From NCBI GenBank assembly GCA_947466535.1, contig CANIEV010000001.1, positions 12,941-76,940 on the forward strand: DNA of 64,000 nt, given 5' to 3'. The stretch is from Betaproteobacteria bacterium. GTDB lineage: Bacteria; Pseudomonadota; Gammaproteobacteria; Burkholderiales; SG8-39. Positions within the stretch are counted from its first letter, which is position 1; the number at the start of each line of letters is the position of its first letter. This document shows, piece after piece, positions 10,266-22,390 of this stretch. Under the pieces are notes generated by a model. It did not search any database. It was given only the letters and a program-made list of their open reading frames with translations, and was not told where the DNA came from. Both the position numbers and the translations under genes were made by a program.

Positions 10266-11123
10266 TCAGGCCTCCAGCGATTGAAGGAACGGGCGTAGCG
10301 CATCGAGAAACCCGGTGAGGTTCTCTCCCGCGACGTTGTGCCCCGCATCGACTTCGACTACGCGTACCTGCGGGTTTGCGGCGACCATCTTCGCCTTCGT
10401 TTCCGGGGCGTACATGTCGGAGCGGGCGCCGCGCATTGAAAGAATCGGGCATTTCACCCGGCCGATGACTTCCCACATGTCGACGCCGAGTTTGGCCTTC
10501 TCGCCGGTTTCCTTCTGGCGCTTGAACTGGTTGCGGTAGTGCAGGTCGCGTTTCAGCTGAAAGCCCCCGTTGAGCGGCTTCAGATAGGCCTCGAATCGGG
10601 GACGCTTTGCTCGTCCCGCATCGGAATCGGGATCGACGTCGAAATACCGCATCGCCGAATCGATGGTGTCGAAGACATCCGGCTGACTTGCCACTTTATC
10701 GGCGACCCGACGGGCACCCGCCGCTGCGTTCTCGGGTGTGAAGTCGATCAACGCAAGGCCTCGGACCCGGGACGGGTTATCGGCGGCGGCGAGCGAGGTA
10801 CTGCGACCGCTCATGGAATGTCCGACGAGAATCACCTGTTTCCAGCCGAAATGGTCGATAAGCGCCATGACGTCGCGGGCAAGCGCCGGGACCGAGTTGT
10901 CCCCGGCCGGGCTCCAGTCAGACTCGCCGAAACCGCGTGTATCCGCCGCCACGACCTCCCGATCCGTCGAAAGGGCTTCTGCCGCAGGTATCCAGTCGTA
11001 GGAAAAATAGGACATGCCGTGCGCGATAAGCACGGGGGTTTTGCCTGCCTGGCCAAACGCGCGATAGAACAGGCCGACGTCACCGGATTGAACCCGTCCG
11101 GTTCGGTGTATGGCTGATTGCAT
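10266..11123 (-). CDS. Alpha/beta-fold hydrolase
   Basis: HG oxyanion motif (VLIAHGMSYF) and nucleophile elbow GHSMSG. The ATG at 11123 is preceded by a strong GGAGGAGG Shine-Dalgarno; the ORF-track start at 11153 is a TTG without an SD. Confidence 0.85.
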   Translation of the reverse strand: MQSAIHRTGRVQSGDVGLFYRAFGQAGKTPVLIAHGMSYFSYDWIPAAEALSTDREVVAADTRGFGESDWSPAGDNSVPALARDVMALIDHFGWKQVILVGHSMSGRSTSLAAADNPSRVRGLALIDFTPENAAAGARRVADKVASQPDVFDTIDSAMRYFDVDPDSDAGRAKRPRFEAYLKPLNGGFQLKRDLHYRNQFKRQKETGEKAKLGVDMWEVIGRVKCPILSMRGARSDMYAPETKAKMVAANPQVRVVEVDAGHNVAGENLTGFLDALRPFLQSLEA

Positions 11124-11459
11124 CAATTCCTCCTCCAGGAACCAATTTTGCAACTATAACGCCATTGATCCGAAATCAACGCATCGTCAAAACGCGCGCG
11201 ATCAACGCTGTCATAAGGTCGATCGGTGGAATCCGCGAAGAAGATGCATCCTGTCTTGTGCACCGAAGTACGGCAATAATCGCATCGGAAACCCACGTTG
11301 AGAGGCGTTCTCAATTTCTGCCCCGACGAAACGTCGATCGTTGCCCTGACCGTCTTGCCGACGCTATCGGGATCTGGTCATTTTCGGATGTTTGGCTTAA
11401 AATTAAGGGCTTTTAGCATTTCGCAGGTCATCCCACGGCCCTCAATAGAGGCCGCTTCC

Positions 11460-12745
<1,286 letters not shown>

Positions 12746-12783
12746 AGCAGCCGCTTCCAGTTCCGTTCCTAAACTTCGAATAA

Positions 12784-13059
<276 letters not shown>

Positions 13060-13148
13060 TATCCGGTCCAACGGATGGCAAGGTCCGCGCTGATGTTCCG
13101 GCGCGGTTTGCGGCAGTATCGCCGCATTGAACGATTGAGGCATTTACC

Positions 13149-13622
13149 GTGAATCTGAACGCGACACTGATTGCGCAGACGATCGTTTTCTTCCTGCTTG
13201 CGGGCTTCACTATGAAGTTCGTGTGGCCGCCCCTCATCAGGGCGCTCGACGAGCGGGCGAAGAAGATCGCCGACGGCCTTGCTGCCGCGGAGCGTGGCAC
13301 CCTGAGCCTGCGTGACGCCGAGGCGAAAGCCCAGCATCTGGAGACGGAAGCCCGTGCTCGCGGCGCCGAAATCCTCGCCCAGGCCGAGCGACGCGCTCTC
13401 GCATTGATCGACGAAGCCAAGGTATCGGCCAAGGCCGAAGGGGACCGTATCGCTGCCGCGGCACGGGCCGACCTTGAAGGTGAAGTACAGCGCGCGCGCG
13501 CGGCACTTCGCGACCAGGTGGCGTCGCTTGCCATCGCGTCCGCGGAGAAGATCCTGCGCCGCGAGGTAGACGCCAAGGCGCATGCCGACCTTCTCGCACA
13601 GCTCAAGCAGGAGCTTAGCTAG
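13149..13622 (+). CDS. atpF: F0F1 ATP synthase subunit b
   Basis: 157 aa with a GTG start. One N-terminal TM segment is followed by a long charged Ala/Glu/Arg-rich helix. Confidence 0.93.
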   Translation: MNLNATLIAQTIVFFLLAGFTMKFVWPPLIRALDERAKKIADGLAAAERGTLSLRDAEAKAQHLETEARARGAEILAQAERRALALIDEAKVSAKAEGDRIAAAARADLEGEVQRARAALRDQVASLAIASAEKILRREVDAKAHADLLAQLKQELS

Positions 13623-13625
13623 GCC

Positions 13626-14162
13626 ATGGCCGAGATCGCGACCATCGCACGCCCCTATGCGGAGGCCGTGTTTCAACTGGCCGACAAGGCGGGTACGCTC
13701 GATCGCTGGTCCGAGATCCTCGAGCGACTCGCATCGCTCGCCGAACACCCGGAAGTGCAGCAGATCGTTGGCGACCCACGCCTCGGGGCATCGCGCCTCG
13801 TGGACCTGATCGTCTCGCTCGCGGGCGAAGGCGGCGCGGATGCGAAGCCGTTCATCGCTGCTCTGGTCGAGAACAAGCGTGTCGAAGCGCTACCCGCAAT
13901 CCGCGCGCATTACGAGGCGCTCAAGAACGAACGCCAGGGCGCGGTCGACGCGAAGATCGAGACGGCGCTTGAAATGACCGCTGAGCAGATTGGTGCTCTG
14001 GTGGCAGACCTGGAAAAGAAATTCGGCCGGCGCGTTCGTCCGCAGGTAAGCGTAGACAAGGAGCTGATCGGTGGCGCGCGCGTCACCGTCGGCGATCAGG
14101 TGATCGACGGCAGTGTGCGCGGAAGGCTCGCCTCGCTTGCCGCAGGCCTGATCAGTACCTAG
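13626..14162 (+). CDS. atpH: F0F1 ATP synthase subunit delta
   Basis: 178 aa starting with IARPYAEAVFQLA, typical of the delta/OSCP family, and in the expected operon position. Confidence 0.93.
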   Translation: MAEIATIARPYAEAVFQLADKAGTLDRWSEILERLASLAEHPEVQQIVGDPRLGASRLVDLIVSLAGEGGADAKPFIAALVENKRVEALPAIRAHYEALKNERQGAVDAKIETALEMTAEQIGALVADLEKKFGRRVRPQVSVDKELIGGARVTVGDQVIDGSVRGRLASLAAGLIST

Positions 14163-14216
14163 CCGGAACGCAAGCGCCCCGACCCCCAACAGAATCCATA
14201 TCGAATCGGAACCGCC

Positions 14217-15767
14217 ATGCAACAGCTGAAACCTTCAGAAATCAGCGATCTGCTGCGCTCGAAGATCGCGGGACTCTCGCTCGCCGCGGATGTCCGCACG
14301 CAGGGAACCGTCGTCTCCGTGACCGACGGTATCTGCCGCATCCACGGCCTGTCTGACGTGATGCAGGGCGAGATGCTCGAATTCCCCAACAACACGTTCG
14401 GCCTCGCGCTCAACCTCGAACGCGACTCCGTCGGCTCGGTGGTGCTCGGCGAATACGAGCACATCTCCGAAGGCGACCCGGTGAAGTGCACCGGCCGCAT
14501 TCTTGAAGTGCCGGTGGGTCCGGAACTGCTCGGTCGCGTGGTGAACTCGCTCGGCCAGCCGATCGACGGCAAGGGCCCTATCAACGCCAAGCTGACCGAT
14601 GTGATCGAAAAGGTCGCGCCGGGCGTGATCGCGCGTAAGTCGGTATCGCAGCCTGTTCAGACCGGCCTCAAGTCGATCGACTCGATGGTTCCTGTCGGCC
14701 GCGGCCAGCGCGAACTCATCATCGGCGACCGCCAGACCGGCAAGACCGCGGTTGCGGTGGACACCATCATCAACCAGAAGGGCAAAGACCTCTTTTGTAT
14801 CTATGTCGCCATCGGTCAGAAGGCCTCCACCGTCGCGAACGTGGTCCGAAAGCTCGAAGAGCACGGCGCAATGGCGTACACCATCGTCGTTGCCGCGACC
14901 GCCTCCGAATCCGCCGCGATGCAGTTCATCGCGCCCTACTCCGGCTGCACCATGGGCGAATACTTCCGCGACCGCGGCATGGACGCGCTGATCATTTATG
15001 ACGATCTGACCAAGCAGGCCTGGGCCTACCGTCAGGTTTCGCTGCTGCTGCGTCGTCCCCCGGGTCGCGAAGCGTATCCGGGCGACGTTTTCTATCTGCA
15101 CTCCCGCCTTCTCGAGCGCGCAGCGCGCGTGAACGAGGAATACGTCGAGAAATTCACCAAGGGCGAAGTCAAGGGCAAGACCGGTTCGTTGACTGCGCTT
15201 CCCGTGATCGAAACCCAGGCGGGTGACGTTTCCGCCTTCGTTCCGACCAATGTGATTTCGATCACCGACGGGCAGATCTTCCTTGAGACCGATCTGTTCA
15301 ATGCCGGTATCCGTCCTGCGATCAACGCCGGTATCTCGGTGTCGCGGGTCGGCGGTGCGGCGCAGACCAAGATCATGAAACGCCGCGACGTCGGCGCGGG
15401 TGTGCGTCTCGCTCTCGCGCAGTATCGTGAGCTTGCAGCCTTCGCGCAGTTCGCCTCCGACCTTGACGAAGCGACCCGCAAGCAGCTCGAGCGCGGCCGT
15501 ATGGTCACCGAACTCATGAAGCAGGCGCAGTACCAGCCGATGCAGGTCATCGAGATGGTGCTCACGCTCTTCGCGGTGAACAACGGCTTCTTTGATGATG
15601 TCGAGGTAAAGAAGGCGCTGGCCGCCGAACGTTCGCTTCGCGATCACGTCAAGACCAAGTACGCGGACCTCATGAACCGCCTGGAAGAAAAGAAGGACAT
15701 GAGCGTCGACGATGAAGCCGCGCTCAAGGCGGCCATCGCGGACTGGAAGAAGAACGGAACGTACTAG
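14217..15767 (+). CDS. atpA: F0F1 ATP synthase subunit alpha
   Basis: 516 aa with Walker A GDRQTGKT and highly conserved alpha-subunit sequence throughout. Confidence 0.98.
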   Translation: MQQLKPSEISDLLRSKIAGLSLAADVRTQGTVVSVTDGICRIHGLSDVMQGEMLEFPNNTFGLALNLERDSVGSVVLGEYEHISEGDPVKCTGRILEVPVGPELLGRVVNSLGQPIDGKGPINAKLTDVIEKVAPGVIARKSVSQPVQTGLKSIDSMVPVGRGQRELIIGDRQTGKTAVAVDTIINQKGKDLFCIYVAIGQKASTVANVVRKLEEHGAMAYTIVVAATASESAAMQFIAPYSGCTMGEYFRDRGMDALIIYDDLTKQAWAYRQVSLLLRRPPGREAYPGDVFYLHSRLLERAARVNEEYVEKFTKGEVKGKTGSLTALPVIETQAGDVSAFVPTNVISITDGQIFLETDLFNAGIRPAINAGISVSRVGGAAQTKIMKRRDVGAGVRLALAQYRELAAFAQFASDLDEATRKQLERGRMVTELMKQAQYQPMQVIEMVLTLFAVNNGFFDDVEVKKALAAERSLRDHVKTKYADLMNRLEEKKDMSVDDEAALKAAIADWKKNGTY

Positions 15768-15782
15768 GACAAGGCGCGCATC

Positions 15783-16646
15783 ATGGCTGGTTCCAAAGAG
15801 ATTCGCACCAAGATCAAGAGCGTGCAAAACACGCGCAAGATCACCAAGGCCATGGAAATGGTCGCTGCCTCCAAGATGCGGAAGGCGCAGGAGCGCATGC
15901 GCGCTTCGCGTCCGTACGGTGAGAAGATTCGCAACGTCGCCGCGCATATTTCGCATGCGAACCCGGAGTACCGGCACCCTTTCCTCGTCGCTCGCGACAC
16001 GGTGAAGAAGGTCGGCATCATCATCGTGACCACCGACAAGGGACTGTGCGGTGGCCTCAACACCAACGTCCAGCGACTTGCCCTGAACAAGATGAAGGAA
16101 TGGGAAGATCAGGGCGAGTCCTTCGAAGTCTGCTGCATCGGCAACAAGGGCCTGGGCTTCATGCAGCGTCTGGGTGCGAACGTCGTGTCCCAGATTACCG
16201 GCCTCGGCGACCGTCCGCAGATGGACAAGCTGATCGGCGCGGTCAAGATCATGCTCGACGGCTACACGCAGGACCGTTTCGACCGGCTCGTGATCTTCTA
16301 CACCAGCTTCATCAACACCATGAAGCAGGAACCGATGATGGAACAATTGCTGCCGCTCTCGGGCGATAAGCTCGGCTCGCCGGAAGGCTCGTGGGACTAC
16401 ATCTACGAACCCGACGCGAAGGCGGTGCTTGACCAAGTGCTCACCCGTTATGTCGAGGCGGTGATCTACCAGGCGATCTCCGAGAACATGGCCTCAGAGC
16501 AGAGTGCCCGGATGGTGGCGATGAAGGCCGCAAGCGACAACGCCGGAACCGTGATCGACGAGCTCACTCTCATCTACAACAAGTCGCGCCAGGCGGCGAT
16601 CACCAAGGAACTGTCGGAAATTGTGGGCGGCGCAGCCGCGGTCTGA
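15783..16646 (+). CDS. atpG: F0F1 ATP synthase subunit gamma
   Basis: 287 aa with N-terminal [32 protein letters not shown] and C-terminal [15 protein letters not shown]. Confidence 0.97.
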   Translation: MAGSKEIRTKIKSVQNTRKITKAMEMVAASKMRKAQERMRASRPYGEKIRNVAAHISHANPEYRHPFLVARDTVKKVGIIIVTTDKGLCGGLNTNVQRLALNKMKEWEDQGESFEVCCIGNKGLGFMQRLGANVVSQITGLGDRPQMDKLIGAVKIMLDGYTQDRFDRLVIFYTSFINTMKQEPMMEQLLPLSGDKLGSPEGSWDYIYEPDAKAVLDQVLTRYVEAVIYQAISENMASEQSARMVAMKAASDNAGTVIDELTLIYNKSRQAAITKELSEIVGGAAAV

Positions 16647-18140
<1,494 letters not shown>

Positions 18141-18218
18141 TAATCACAGTTCGCAGGCCCCGGGGAATGTTCCGCGGGGTCGCCACGGTGCATGGGTTAA
18201 ACGCAGGGGTAAAGAAAT

Positions 18219-18638
18219 ATGGCCAACACCTTCCATGTAGACGTCGTCAGCGCTGAAGCGAACATTTTTTCCGGCGAGGCGGAGTTTGTCGTACTTCCTG
18301 GCGAATCCGGCGAACTCGGCATCTATCCGCGCCACACGCCGCTCATCACCCGGATCAAGCCGGGTGCCGTGCGTATCCAGAAGCCGGGCGGCGAGGAAGA
18401 GTTCGTGTTTGTCGCCGGCGGCGTGCTTGAAGTGCAGCCCAAGCGTGTGACGGTGCTCGCCGATACCGCGATCCGCGGGCATGATCTGGACGAAGCGCGC
18501 GCGACCGAAGCCATCAAGCGTGCGGAAGAGGCAAAAGCCAAGTCGCAGGACAAGCAGGAAATCGCGTCGGTCGAAGCGGAACTTGCCACACTCGCCGCGC
18601 AACTCGCGGCCATCCGGAAACTGCGCGGCAAGCGTTAG
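18219..18638 (+). CDS. atpC: F0F1 ATP synthase subunit epsilon
   Basis: 139 aa with the N-terminal beta-sandwich ([34 protein letters not shown]) and a C-terminal helical hairpin. Confidence 0.96.
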   Translation: MANTFHVDVVSAEANIFSGEAEFVVLPGESGELGIYPRHTPLITRIKPGAVRIQKPGGEEEFVFVAGGVLEVQPKRVTVLADTAIRGHDLDEARATEAIKRAEEAKAKSQDKQEIASVEAELATLAAQLAAIRKLRGKR

Positions 18639-18665
18639 AACTTATCTGCGCGGTGCATCACCGCA

Positions 18666-18700
18666 AAACAAAAAAGGCGGCCATGGCCGCCTTTTTTGTT
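18666..18700. terminator. Rho-independent terminator of the atp operon (bidirectional shape)
   Basis: An A-run, then the palindrome GGCGGCCATGGCCGCC, then TTTTTT. It starts 28 nt after the atpC stop, and its T-run ends 20 nt from the convergent LysR-fragment stop. Confidence 0.9.
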
Positions 18701-18716
18701 TGAGCCCACGTAGCGT

Positions 18717-18986
18717 TCAGGCGACGCGCTGCTCGATGATCGCGGCTTCCATTTCGGAGATGTCCTGCAGTACCTTTACTGCGTAGCGGTAGAGGACTTC
18801 GCCCTTTGCCGTTGGGCGAATGCTCCGGTGCAGTCGGTCGAAGAGGGGAGCACCCACTTCATCCTCGAGTCGCCGGATGCGGACGGAAATGTTGGACTGT
18901 ACCGTGTTCAGTGTTTTGGCAGCGCGCCCGAAACCGCGTGTCTCGTACACGGCGATGAAACAACGCAAGTCTTTGAGATCAAGCAC
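18717..18986 (-). pseudogene. LysR-family regulator remnant encoding only the N-terminal winged-HTH plus linker helix (about 90 aa)
   Basis: From GTG 18986: MLDLKDLRCFIAVYETRGFGRAAKTLNTVQSNISVRIRRLEDEVGAPLFDRLHRSIRPTAKGEVLYRYAVKVLQDISEMEAAIIEQRVA then stop. The roughly 200-aa effector-binding domain is absent. The stop abuts the atp terminator. Confidence 0.7.
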
Positions 18987-19240
18987 GGTGGCGAAGCTCC
19001 ATTCGGAGAGGGTCGTTCCCGCACGCGGGAAACCGATCGCAAGGCACAAGGATAACCCAAAGCCCGAATACTTACACCGGTGCCGAATTTCGAGGTCGTC
19101 AAACGCGAATCTTCGAGCGGAAGAAAGGGCCTGTCCGCAAAAACCAGCGACTGCGTCAGTGATGGAAGTATCGTTGCGGCAAGACAAGTCCTGCAGCCGC
19201 GCCCTATACTCGCCGTCGCGGTTTTCAGGAGGAGAACACG

Positions 19241-20221
19241 GTGAAGGCACAACAAATTATGGCGGGCATCGCCGGCGTGGCGCTTGCGGCGCTTGCCCTC
19301 GTCGCGGGTACCTCGCTCGCGCAGGGCTATCCCAACCGCCCGGTACGTGTGATCGTCACCTTTCCCCCGGGCGGCACCCCCGACATCTACGGCCGGATCA
19401 TGTCCAACGAGTTGTCGAGGCTTTGGAATCAGTCGGTGGTGGTGGAAAACCGCACCGGCGCCGCGGGCGGAATAGGCAGCGACTTTGTCGCCAAGAGCGC
19501 GCCGGACGGTTACACCCTGCTGTTCGCCGCAGACGCCTCGATCACCGTTACGCCCAATCTTGTACCCAACCTCCCCTATGACCCGGTCCGCGACTTCGCA
19601 CCTATCGTGAATGTCGCGCAGGGGCCGTTTGTGCTGATGGTGCACAGTTCGGTACCGGCGAACAACATGAAGGAACTCATTGCATGGATCCGTTCGCAAC
19701 CCGGGAAAGTCAGCTACGCCTCGTCCGGTAACGGCAGCCAGCAGCATTTGTCAATGGAACTGATCCGCACTTCGGCCGGTGTCGACATGGTTCACATCCC
19801 CTACAAGGGATTCGGGCAGGGCTTGGTCGACGTACTCGCGGGGCAGGTGCCGATGTTGTTCGGCGGTGCCACCGCCGCGATCGGCATCATCCGCAGCGGC
19901 AAGCTCAAAGGCCTTGGCGTTACCAGCAAGACGAGGGTCAAGGCGCTGCCCGACGTCCCACCCATCGCTGACACGATTCCCGGGATGGAGATCTTGGCCT
20001 GGTACGGCTTTCTCGCTCCCGCCGCGACGCCGCGGGAGATCGTCCGCAAAATCAACGCCGATTCGATCACGATCATCCGACGCCCGGAATTCCAGGAGCG
20101 TCTGGTGAAGGACGGGATCGAACCGGTGGCCAATACGCCGGAAGAATTCGCCGCACAAATCAAAGCGGACCTTGCCACCTGGGCCAAGGTGGTCAAGGCC
20201 TCCGGCGCGAAACTCGATTAG
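19241..20221 (+). CDS. Bug/TctC-family periplasmic substrate-binding protein
   Basis: Signal peptide, then QGYPNRPVRVIVTFPPGGTPDIYGR, VVVENRTGAAG and the C-terminal TPEEFAAQIKADLATWAKVVKASGAKLD. GTG start. Confidence 0.92.
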   Translation: MKAQQIMAGIAGVALAALALVAGTSLAQGYPNRPVRVIVTFPPGGTPDIYGRIMSNELSRLWNQSVVVENRTGAAGGIGSDFVAKSAPDGYTLLFAADASITVTPNLVPNLPYDPVRDFAPIVNVAQGPFVLMVHSSVPANNMKELIAWIRSQPGKVSYASSGNGSQQHLSMELIRTSAGVDMVHIPYKGFGQGLVDVLAGQVPMLFGGATAAIGIIRSGKLKGLGVTSKTRVKALPDVPPIADTIPGMEILAWYGFLAPAATPREIVRKINADSITIIRRPEFQERLVKDGIEPVANTPEEFAAQIKADLATWAKVVKASGAKLD

Positions 20222-20231
20222 GCATCTCTCC

Positions 20232-21209
20232 ATGACCCGCACTCTCAGCATCGCGCTCGACCGCTACGACCGGCATGTACCGTTCTTTCTGGGGCAGGTT
20301 GCCGCACCCGCCGGCTACGAATTAAAGCCCCTCGAAGTCGGCATGGATCCGCCGCGCCGCGACGGTATCAACCGGCACCACCGCATGCTGGTCAAGCGCG
20401 AGTTCGACATTGCCGAGGTGTCGCTTGCGTCCTACATCATCGGCGTATCGCGCGGCGCCGCGTTCACCGCGGTGCCGGCCTTTCCGCGCCGGCTGTTTTC
20501 GCAGAACCATATTTTTGTGCGTCGCGATGCGGGCATCCGGTCGCCGAGCGATCTCGCGGGAAAGCGCGTCGGTCTGTGGGCTTTCCAGGTGACGATGTCA
20601 GTGCTTGCTCGCGGCGATCTCAAGGCGGACTATGGCGTTCCCTGGGAAGACATCGTCTGGCACACCGAGTACGACGAAGAACTCTCCGCCAGCTATCCTG
20701 GGGTGAAAATCGAGCGCATGCCGTCAGGCACGACCGCCGCCCAGTGGCTGCTGGAGGGGAAGCTGGATGCCTACATCAATCCCCATCCGGGCTTCGAAGT
20801 CACCGACTCGCCGCTGGTTAAGCGCCTGTTCGACAACCCACAGACCGAGTGTGAGCGCTATCTTTCCCGACACGGACACTATCCGATCATGCATCTGCTC
20901 GCGATCCGCAAGGAACTTGCGGACACCGACCCGGCACTGCCCGCAGCGGTGCTCGGCATGTACCAGGACGCGGTGCATCAGATGGAGCACTACCATGTCG
21001 ATCCGGGCTACTCGACGATGCCGTTCAACCGCTTCGAGGCGGAGCGCCTCCGCGCCGCGGGCAGGTTCGGCGCGCAACTCTGGACGTCAGGCCTTGCGGC
21101 CAACCGCGCCAACCTAGAGCGCTTCATCGGATTCATGGTTGACCAGCGCCTGCTCGAACGGCCGATTCCTGTCGACGCGCTGTTTCATTCGTCCGTCCTT
21201 GGTACTTGA
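20232..21209 (+). CDS. 4,5-dihydroxyphthalate decarboxylase-like protein (periplasmic-binding-protein-like fold family)
   Basis: N-terminus MTRTLSIALDRYDRHVPFFLGQV...GYELKPLEV...REFDIAEVSLASYI matches my recollection of the Pht5/PhtD-type decarboxylase family. A paralogue lies at 45952-46932. Confidence 0.6.
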   Translation: MTRTLSIALDRYDRHVPFFLGQVAAPAGYELKPLEVGMDPPRRDGINRHHRMLVKREFDIAEVSLASYIIGVSRGAAFTAVPAFPRRLFSQNHIFVRRDAGIRSPSDLAGKRVGLWAFQVTMSVLARGDLKADYGVPWEDIVWHTEYDEELSASYPGVKIERMPSGTTAAQWLLEGKLDAYINPHPGFEVTDSPLVKRLFDNPQTECERYLSRHGHYPIMHLLAIRKELADTDPALPAAVLGMYQDAVHQMEHYHVDPGYSTMPFNRFEAERLRAAGRFGAQLWTSGLAANRANLERFIGFMVDQRLLERPIPVDALFHSSVLGT

Positions 21210-21304
21210 GGCCGTGCCCGGCGCGCGAGATATTCCGCAGATATTCCGGACGCGAGCACAAGCGCACTACAATTCAGGCTCGAAATTCCCGGAGTGCGGT
21301 TTGC

Positions 21305-21832
21305 ATGAGCCTTGACCTTGACCAACTGTCCGAGCTGCTGGCCGGCATCGCGCGCTCGCAGACCGCCGTCATCGACGCGGTCGAACGCGGCAACCCCGGC
21401 TGGCGCAACACCCACGCGATTCCCCTGCTGACTATCGCCGCCAACATGCGAACTGCAGACGCGCGGCTGCTCGATCTGCCCTCACGCATCCTGCTGCGAT
21501 CGCAGGGACGGGTCGCGCTCGACGCCGCGCAGATCCGGGTGGAACTCGAACGCGCGCTGAACGCCGAACCCGCGGTGATCATCGATCCGTCGGCGGCCAC
21601 CGCGCCGCCGCCGCCGCGGGCTGTGCCGCCGCGCGTCGCCGCCGCCGCAGCGCCTGCATCCGCATCTGCGCCGGTCGCCGGCGTTGCGCCGCGCCCCGCT
21701 CCGGCGGTGCCTGATGCGCCCGCGTCAGTGCCCACCGCTGCCGCCGCACCTCGGCCGGTTGCACCTGCCCCGGCAGCCCCCGCACCGGCCCAGGACGCGC
21801 CCTCGGATCTGGATTTCAGCCGCAAGTCCTGA
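21305..21832 (+). CDS. Hypothetical protein: about 95-aa N-terminal domain plus Pro/Ala-rich low-complexity tail
   Basis: ATG 21305 (MSLDLDQLSELLAGIARSQ...). The C-terminal 80 aa are almost entirely P/A/V/S. I recognise no family. Confidence 0.5.
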   Translation: MSLDLDQLSELLAGIARSQTAVIDAVERGNPGWRNTHAIPLLTIAANMRTADARLLDLPSRILLRSQGRVALDAAQIRVELERALNAEPAVIIDPSAATAPPPPRAVPPRVAAAAAPASASAPVAGVAPRPAPAVPDAPASVPTAAAAPRPVAPAPAAPAPAQDAPSDLDFSRKS

Positions 21833-21876
21833 ACAGCTTGCGCTGCGCTGCGGTCCGGCCGGCCCGTCCCCGGGAT

Positions 21877-22089
21877 TTATACCAGTTTTGGTATGAATAT
21901 CGACCGGATCGCCTTGCCAGCTGAGGAGTTTTCAGATAAATCCCATGAATTTATCCTGCGGCCGGTGATCGCGCGGAGCAGCTTCGGGTTCACCCGCGCG
22001 AGGCTGGGTGCATTGGTCCAGGGCAGCGCACACTCGACCCCGAGCGCAATCTCCGGATCGCTTGCCGTGCTGTAGTTGCTCTCGTTCAT
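21877..22089 (-). CDS. Hypothetical small protein (about 70 aa), possibly a truncated remnant
   Basis: GGGAG Shine-Dalgarno precedes MNESNYSTASDPEIALGVECALPWTNAPSLARVNPKLLRAITGR. The last 28 or so codons run into an AT-rich spacer with atypical codon usage. The plus-strand ORF 21893-22075 shares wobble positions, so GC3 cannot discriminate between them. Confidence 0.3.
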   Translation of the reverse strand: MNESNYSTASDPEIALGVECALPWTNAPSLARVNPKLLRAITGRRINSWDLSENSSAGKAIRSIFIPKLV

Positions 22090-22104
22090 CGTCATCTCCC
22101 GGTC

Positions 22105-22242
22105 TCAGGTGGCGATCAACAGGACCGCTCCCGCCAGCGCAAGGCTTGTGGCCAGTCCGACGCCGAAGGCGAGCATGATCTGAGTCAACAGGTCGATCAC
22201 GATCAGGCTCTGGCCAACGGTCTTTGCGCGGGCGTCGGTCAT
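22105..22242 (-). CDS. Hypothetical 45-aa single-pass membrane protein
   Basis: GGAGAG SD lies 5 nt before the ATG. The product is MTDARAKTVGQSLIVIDLLTQIMLAFGVGLATSLALAGAVLLIAT, with GC3-rich codons. It is divergent from the response-regulator gene. Confidence 0.4.
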   Translation of the reverse strand: MTDARAKTVGQSLIVIDLLTQIMLAFGVGLATSLALAGAVLLIAT

Positions 22243-22390
22243 GTAGTCTCTCCAGTTTTTCATGCTCGTATTACAAACGTTCAAACGGGCGGGTTCCGGG
22301 AGCAACGCGGTCAGGCTGCCGAACAATCCGGGCAGAAAAATGGCAGGTGCGCCGAAGTGCGCGCCGCTTGGGTATAGTTCCCCGCACACC

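Noticed and set aside
14235-16436. 733-aa ORF on the minus strand spanning atpA, the atpA-atpG spacer and most of atpG
   Set aside because: It is antisense to two unmistakable, highly conserved ATP synthase genes. Its translation is Arg/Ala/Gly/His-rich with no recognisable domain. Long antisense shadow ORFs are expected in GC-rich DNA, where stop codons are rare in the complementary frames.
21274-21825. 183-aa minus-strand ORF opposite the Pro/Ala-rich hypothetical gene
   Set aside because: It consists almost entirely of Ala/Gly/Arg/Ser runs generated by the complement of the GC-rich Pro/Ala codons. It has no SD or domain. It is treated as a shadow ORF, although strand assignment for this locus remains only moderately confident.
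21893-22075. 60-aa plus-strand ORF overlapping the small minus-strand ORF
   Set aside because: It shares wobble positions with the minus-strand ORF, so codon bias cannot decide between them. It lacks any SD and is Arg/Ser/Ala-rich. The minus-strand ORF has a GGGAG SD and follows the 45-aa ORF in operon fashion. Neither is proven.
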